From assembly GCF_004010195.1 (NCBI RefSeq), contig NC_057757.1:6520682-6568818 (forward strand): DNA of 48,137 nucleotides. The letters are read 5' to 3'. Source of the stretch: Chiloscyllium plagiosum. Taxonomy: Eukaryota. Position numbers and translations under genes: made by a program. The notes under the pieces are model-generated. The model did not search any database. It saw only the letters and a list, made by a program, of their open reading frames with translations, and had not been told where the DNA came from. This document shows, one piece after another, positions 45,577-48,137 of this stretch; position 1 is the stretch's first letter; each line of letters opens with the position of its first letter.

Positions 45577-47289
45577 TCTAGACTTCATAAACCTTATTGG
45601 TCACAGTCTCTATTACAAATCGTCTAGAGGCCGTATTCTGAATCAGTGGCATTGTTAGTGTCAACAGAGACCTGGAGTTAATGGAAATAACGGAGTGCAT
45701 TTCAACCCAGGGATCACTGGTTTAAAGATGTGCAGCACATTCCCAGGCAATTGAGGGACATATTTATCTGGGGCACTGGGGAGTGCGTCCCTTGTCCTGG
45801 ATAAAATTCAACTGATGGAAGAGCAAACTCCTTCCTTTGTAGAAATACTCAAGCATCGGTCAGCAGGAACTAAGCGTTACAGACTCGCAGTGCAAAGGGG
45901 GAGTTCACAGATTCACAAGAAAACCGAGAAAACAAACCCAACAGACGACAACCCACAGGAGAACCCATCTGAACATTACCGGCGAACGAGATCTCCAAGG
46001 ATTGTGGGGTCGGACCACCGTCCCTTTGTCAGAAAGATCAACCAGCTCACAGCCAGCCCGTTTAGAAGGGTAGTACAGCACATCATTTCTTGGTTCCAGG
46101 AAACTGGAAGTTAGCGCTTCGGACAAGAGGTGGCCATTCAGCCCTTCCAGTCTGGCCCAACATTCAATAAGAGCATAGGCACCACACCCTCTGGTTACAA
46201 ACCAATGCTCCATATTCATCCAGCAAAGATCTCAGTACAATGGTTTGAATCCAGGCAATACAGCCCCCTTTTTTTGAGGTGGGAGGGGGTTAGGAGGTGG
46301 TCTTTACCAGCAGCGTCTGAAATAATGTAACTTCTTCATCTCAATAATTCCATGTTAAATTTACACCAGCTTATACAACTGTAAGACCAGGCTCCTAGGA
46401 GCCTGCTCCATAGTGCACACACTGTGAGAGAAAGGTTTCACTTTCGCATCATTCTGAAGGGACGGTAAGATAAAATTTCCTTCATTGTAAATGCAATCTC
46501 TGTAACATGGGAACTATGGGTTCTCTCCAGTCAGAGCCCAAATCCACCCCCAGTCCGAAAGCCTGATCGAGAGCTGGCCCCACGGGAGAAGGGATTCAAG
46601 GGTTAAACCAGAAAAAGATGAAGTGGGAATGAGAATCATTAGATCGAACTGAATGACAAAGCAGACCTTTCTGTTTGCACATTCTGCAGTCAGAAAGCTG
46701 TGAGCTCACTCACCTCCTGCACCTCTACACGGTTTAACAGCAACTTGGAAAACAGGAGCCTACTCTGGTATTCATTATCACAGCTGATCATCAACTCCAT
46801 CCCTAATCCCTGCTTTTGCCCAGTACCCTTTCATCCCTCACTGGGTGAAGTGATTTCCCATCTCAGTCCTGAATGGCCTACTCTGTATCCTGGCTCTGGA
46901 CTCTCCAGCTCATCGGGAACACCCCTCCTGTGTGATCTAATCCTGTTGGGATTTTATAGGTTTCTGAAATTTCCACCCCTCGTTCCTCAGAATTCCAGTG
47001 AACACATTCCTCGATTCACACACCAACATTAGCCTCCAAACCGCTGCAATGCAACTCCACAAATACATACTCCCAACATAACTGCCCACCCTCCAAATAA
47101 ACCACAGTTCAAACACTTCTTGGTACAGTACTTACTGGTTCCAAATAATGGGGATCAAGAGCAAAAGCAGTCGATTATTTTTTTTCTATTACAGGGGGAG
47201 CAAAAGTAAACTTCTTCATTCAACCCTACCAGCCACACTGGGGCTGGAGAGAGACAGAGCCTACAGGCGAGCATTGGAAAGTGACAAAG

Positions 47290-47915
47290 ATATACATTTT
47301 CCTTCATGTGCGGTCTGGACAGAGTAGATGGGGAGAATTGATTGTCAAGGATGAGGGGGACGTGTAAAAGGAGCAAGGGTGAGACGAGGTGAAGGAAAAT
47401 CATCTTCACCCAGCGAGCAGTTCTAGTCTGGAACACACCGCCTTGAAATAGGGTGGAGGCAGGTTCGACTGAGGCATTCAAGGGGGCACTGGATGGGTGT
47501 TGGGATTGAAGCAAGGATACGGTGAAAAAAGGCAGGAGAGTGGCACTTGGGGGATGGGGGGGGGGGGCGAGAATTTACAAAGTGCAGATGTTCCTTCATG
47601 CTTTTAAAATATCATGAGTGGGAGAGGAGTAGATCTGTTTCAGACGAGTGGGAGTGGTGCGTCTCTGTGCCCCTCCGTGCATGTCCCTCTCACAGAAACC
47701 TGTACAATCCTGATGGAACTGGACAGGCTACATGCAGGAAGCATGTTCCCAATGTTGGGTAAGTCCAGAACTAGGGGTCACAATCTAAGAACTAGGGGTC
47801 ACAATCTAAGAATAAGGGGTAAGGCCTGAGAAAAGGGAGAATTTCTTCACTCAAGAGAGTTGCAAACCTGTGGAATTCCCTCCCACAGGAAGCTGTCTGG
47901 GCCAGTTCACTAGAT
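47290..47915 (+). mobile_element. Degenerate CR1 fragments
   Basis: SRTRGHNLR text including a short tandem duplication agaactaggggtcacaatcta, and WNSLPQE-like text. Confidence 0.75.
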
Positions 47916-48137
47916 AGAGTGAGAAAGGAAGAGCGGGTAGGGTTAGGAGAGAGAGGGGGGAACGGGCAAGGTGGGAGGGAGAGACAGACAGACGCAGGTT
48001 TTCCTTCGCGCCTGGGCTAGCCAGGGCAGAGAGATTTCCACCCAGCGAAAGGAACGAGGCGGCAAGGACCGTGGATTTAAAAAAAGAAAGGGGACGGGTT
48101 GAGAAAAAACAAGAAAGGAGGGGGAGGGAGACGGAGG

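Larger units (their letters stand above)
44060..48137 (-). other. Probable long 3'UTR of a minus-strand gene whose CDS lies beyond the window
   Basis: PAS plus U-rich, UGUA-rich terminal block, no recognisable coding exon, and UTR-like pyrimidine-rich text at the window end. The extent is inferred. Confidence 0.4.

Overview
Vertebrate genomic DNA, inferred to be from a shark or other elasmobranch because it is dense in HE1-type tRNA-derived SINEs and HER1/CR1-type LINE 3' fragments. It is a draft assembly with six N gaps. Two genes are recognisable on the + strand. The first is the 5' half of TSC22D4: a CpG-island promoter, a probable non-coding exon 1, and coding exons at 10182-10964 and 13442-13623 joined by a GC-AG intron. 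Its TSC-box/leucine-zipper exons are not visible. The second, after a 5.4-kb 49-bp minisatellite and an exact 500-N join, is the last coding exon of transferrin receptor 2 (TFR2, 38669-38914). The main surprise is that the region downstream of this TFR2 stop codon carries three iron-responsive element (IRE) hairpins closely resembling those of the TFR1/TFRC 3'UTR, plus an adjacent triloop hairpin, whereas mammalian TFR2 has no IREs. Other notable signals are a ~1.4-kb array of CCAAT (NF-Y) boxes at ~40-bp period upstream of TSC22D4, short hairpin-type elements with minimal hammerhead-ribozyme cores and ~14-bp target-site duplications, and a convergent minus-strand 3'UTR at the right end. All counts and coordinates were read by hand, repeat boundaries are approximate, and comparisons with human sequences are from memory and need alignment.
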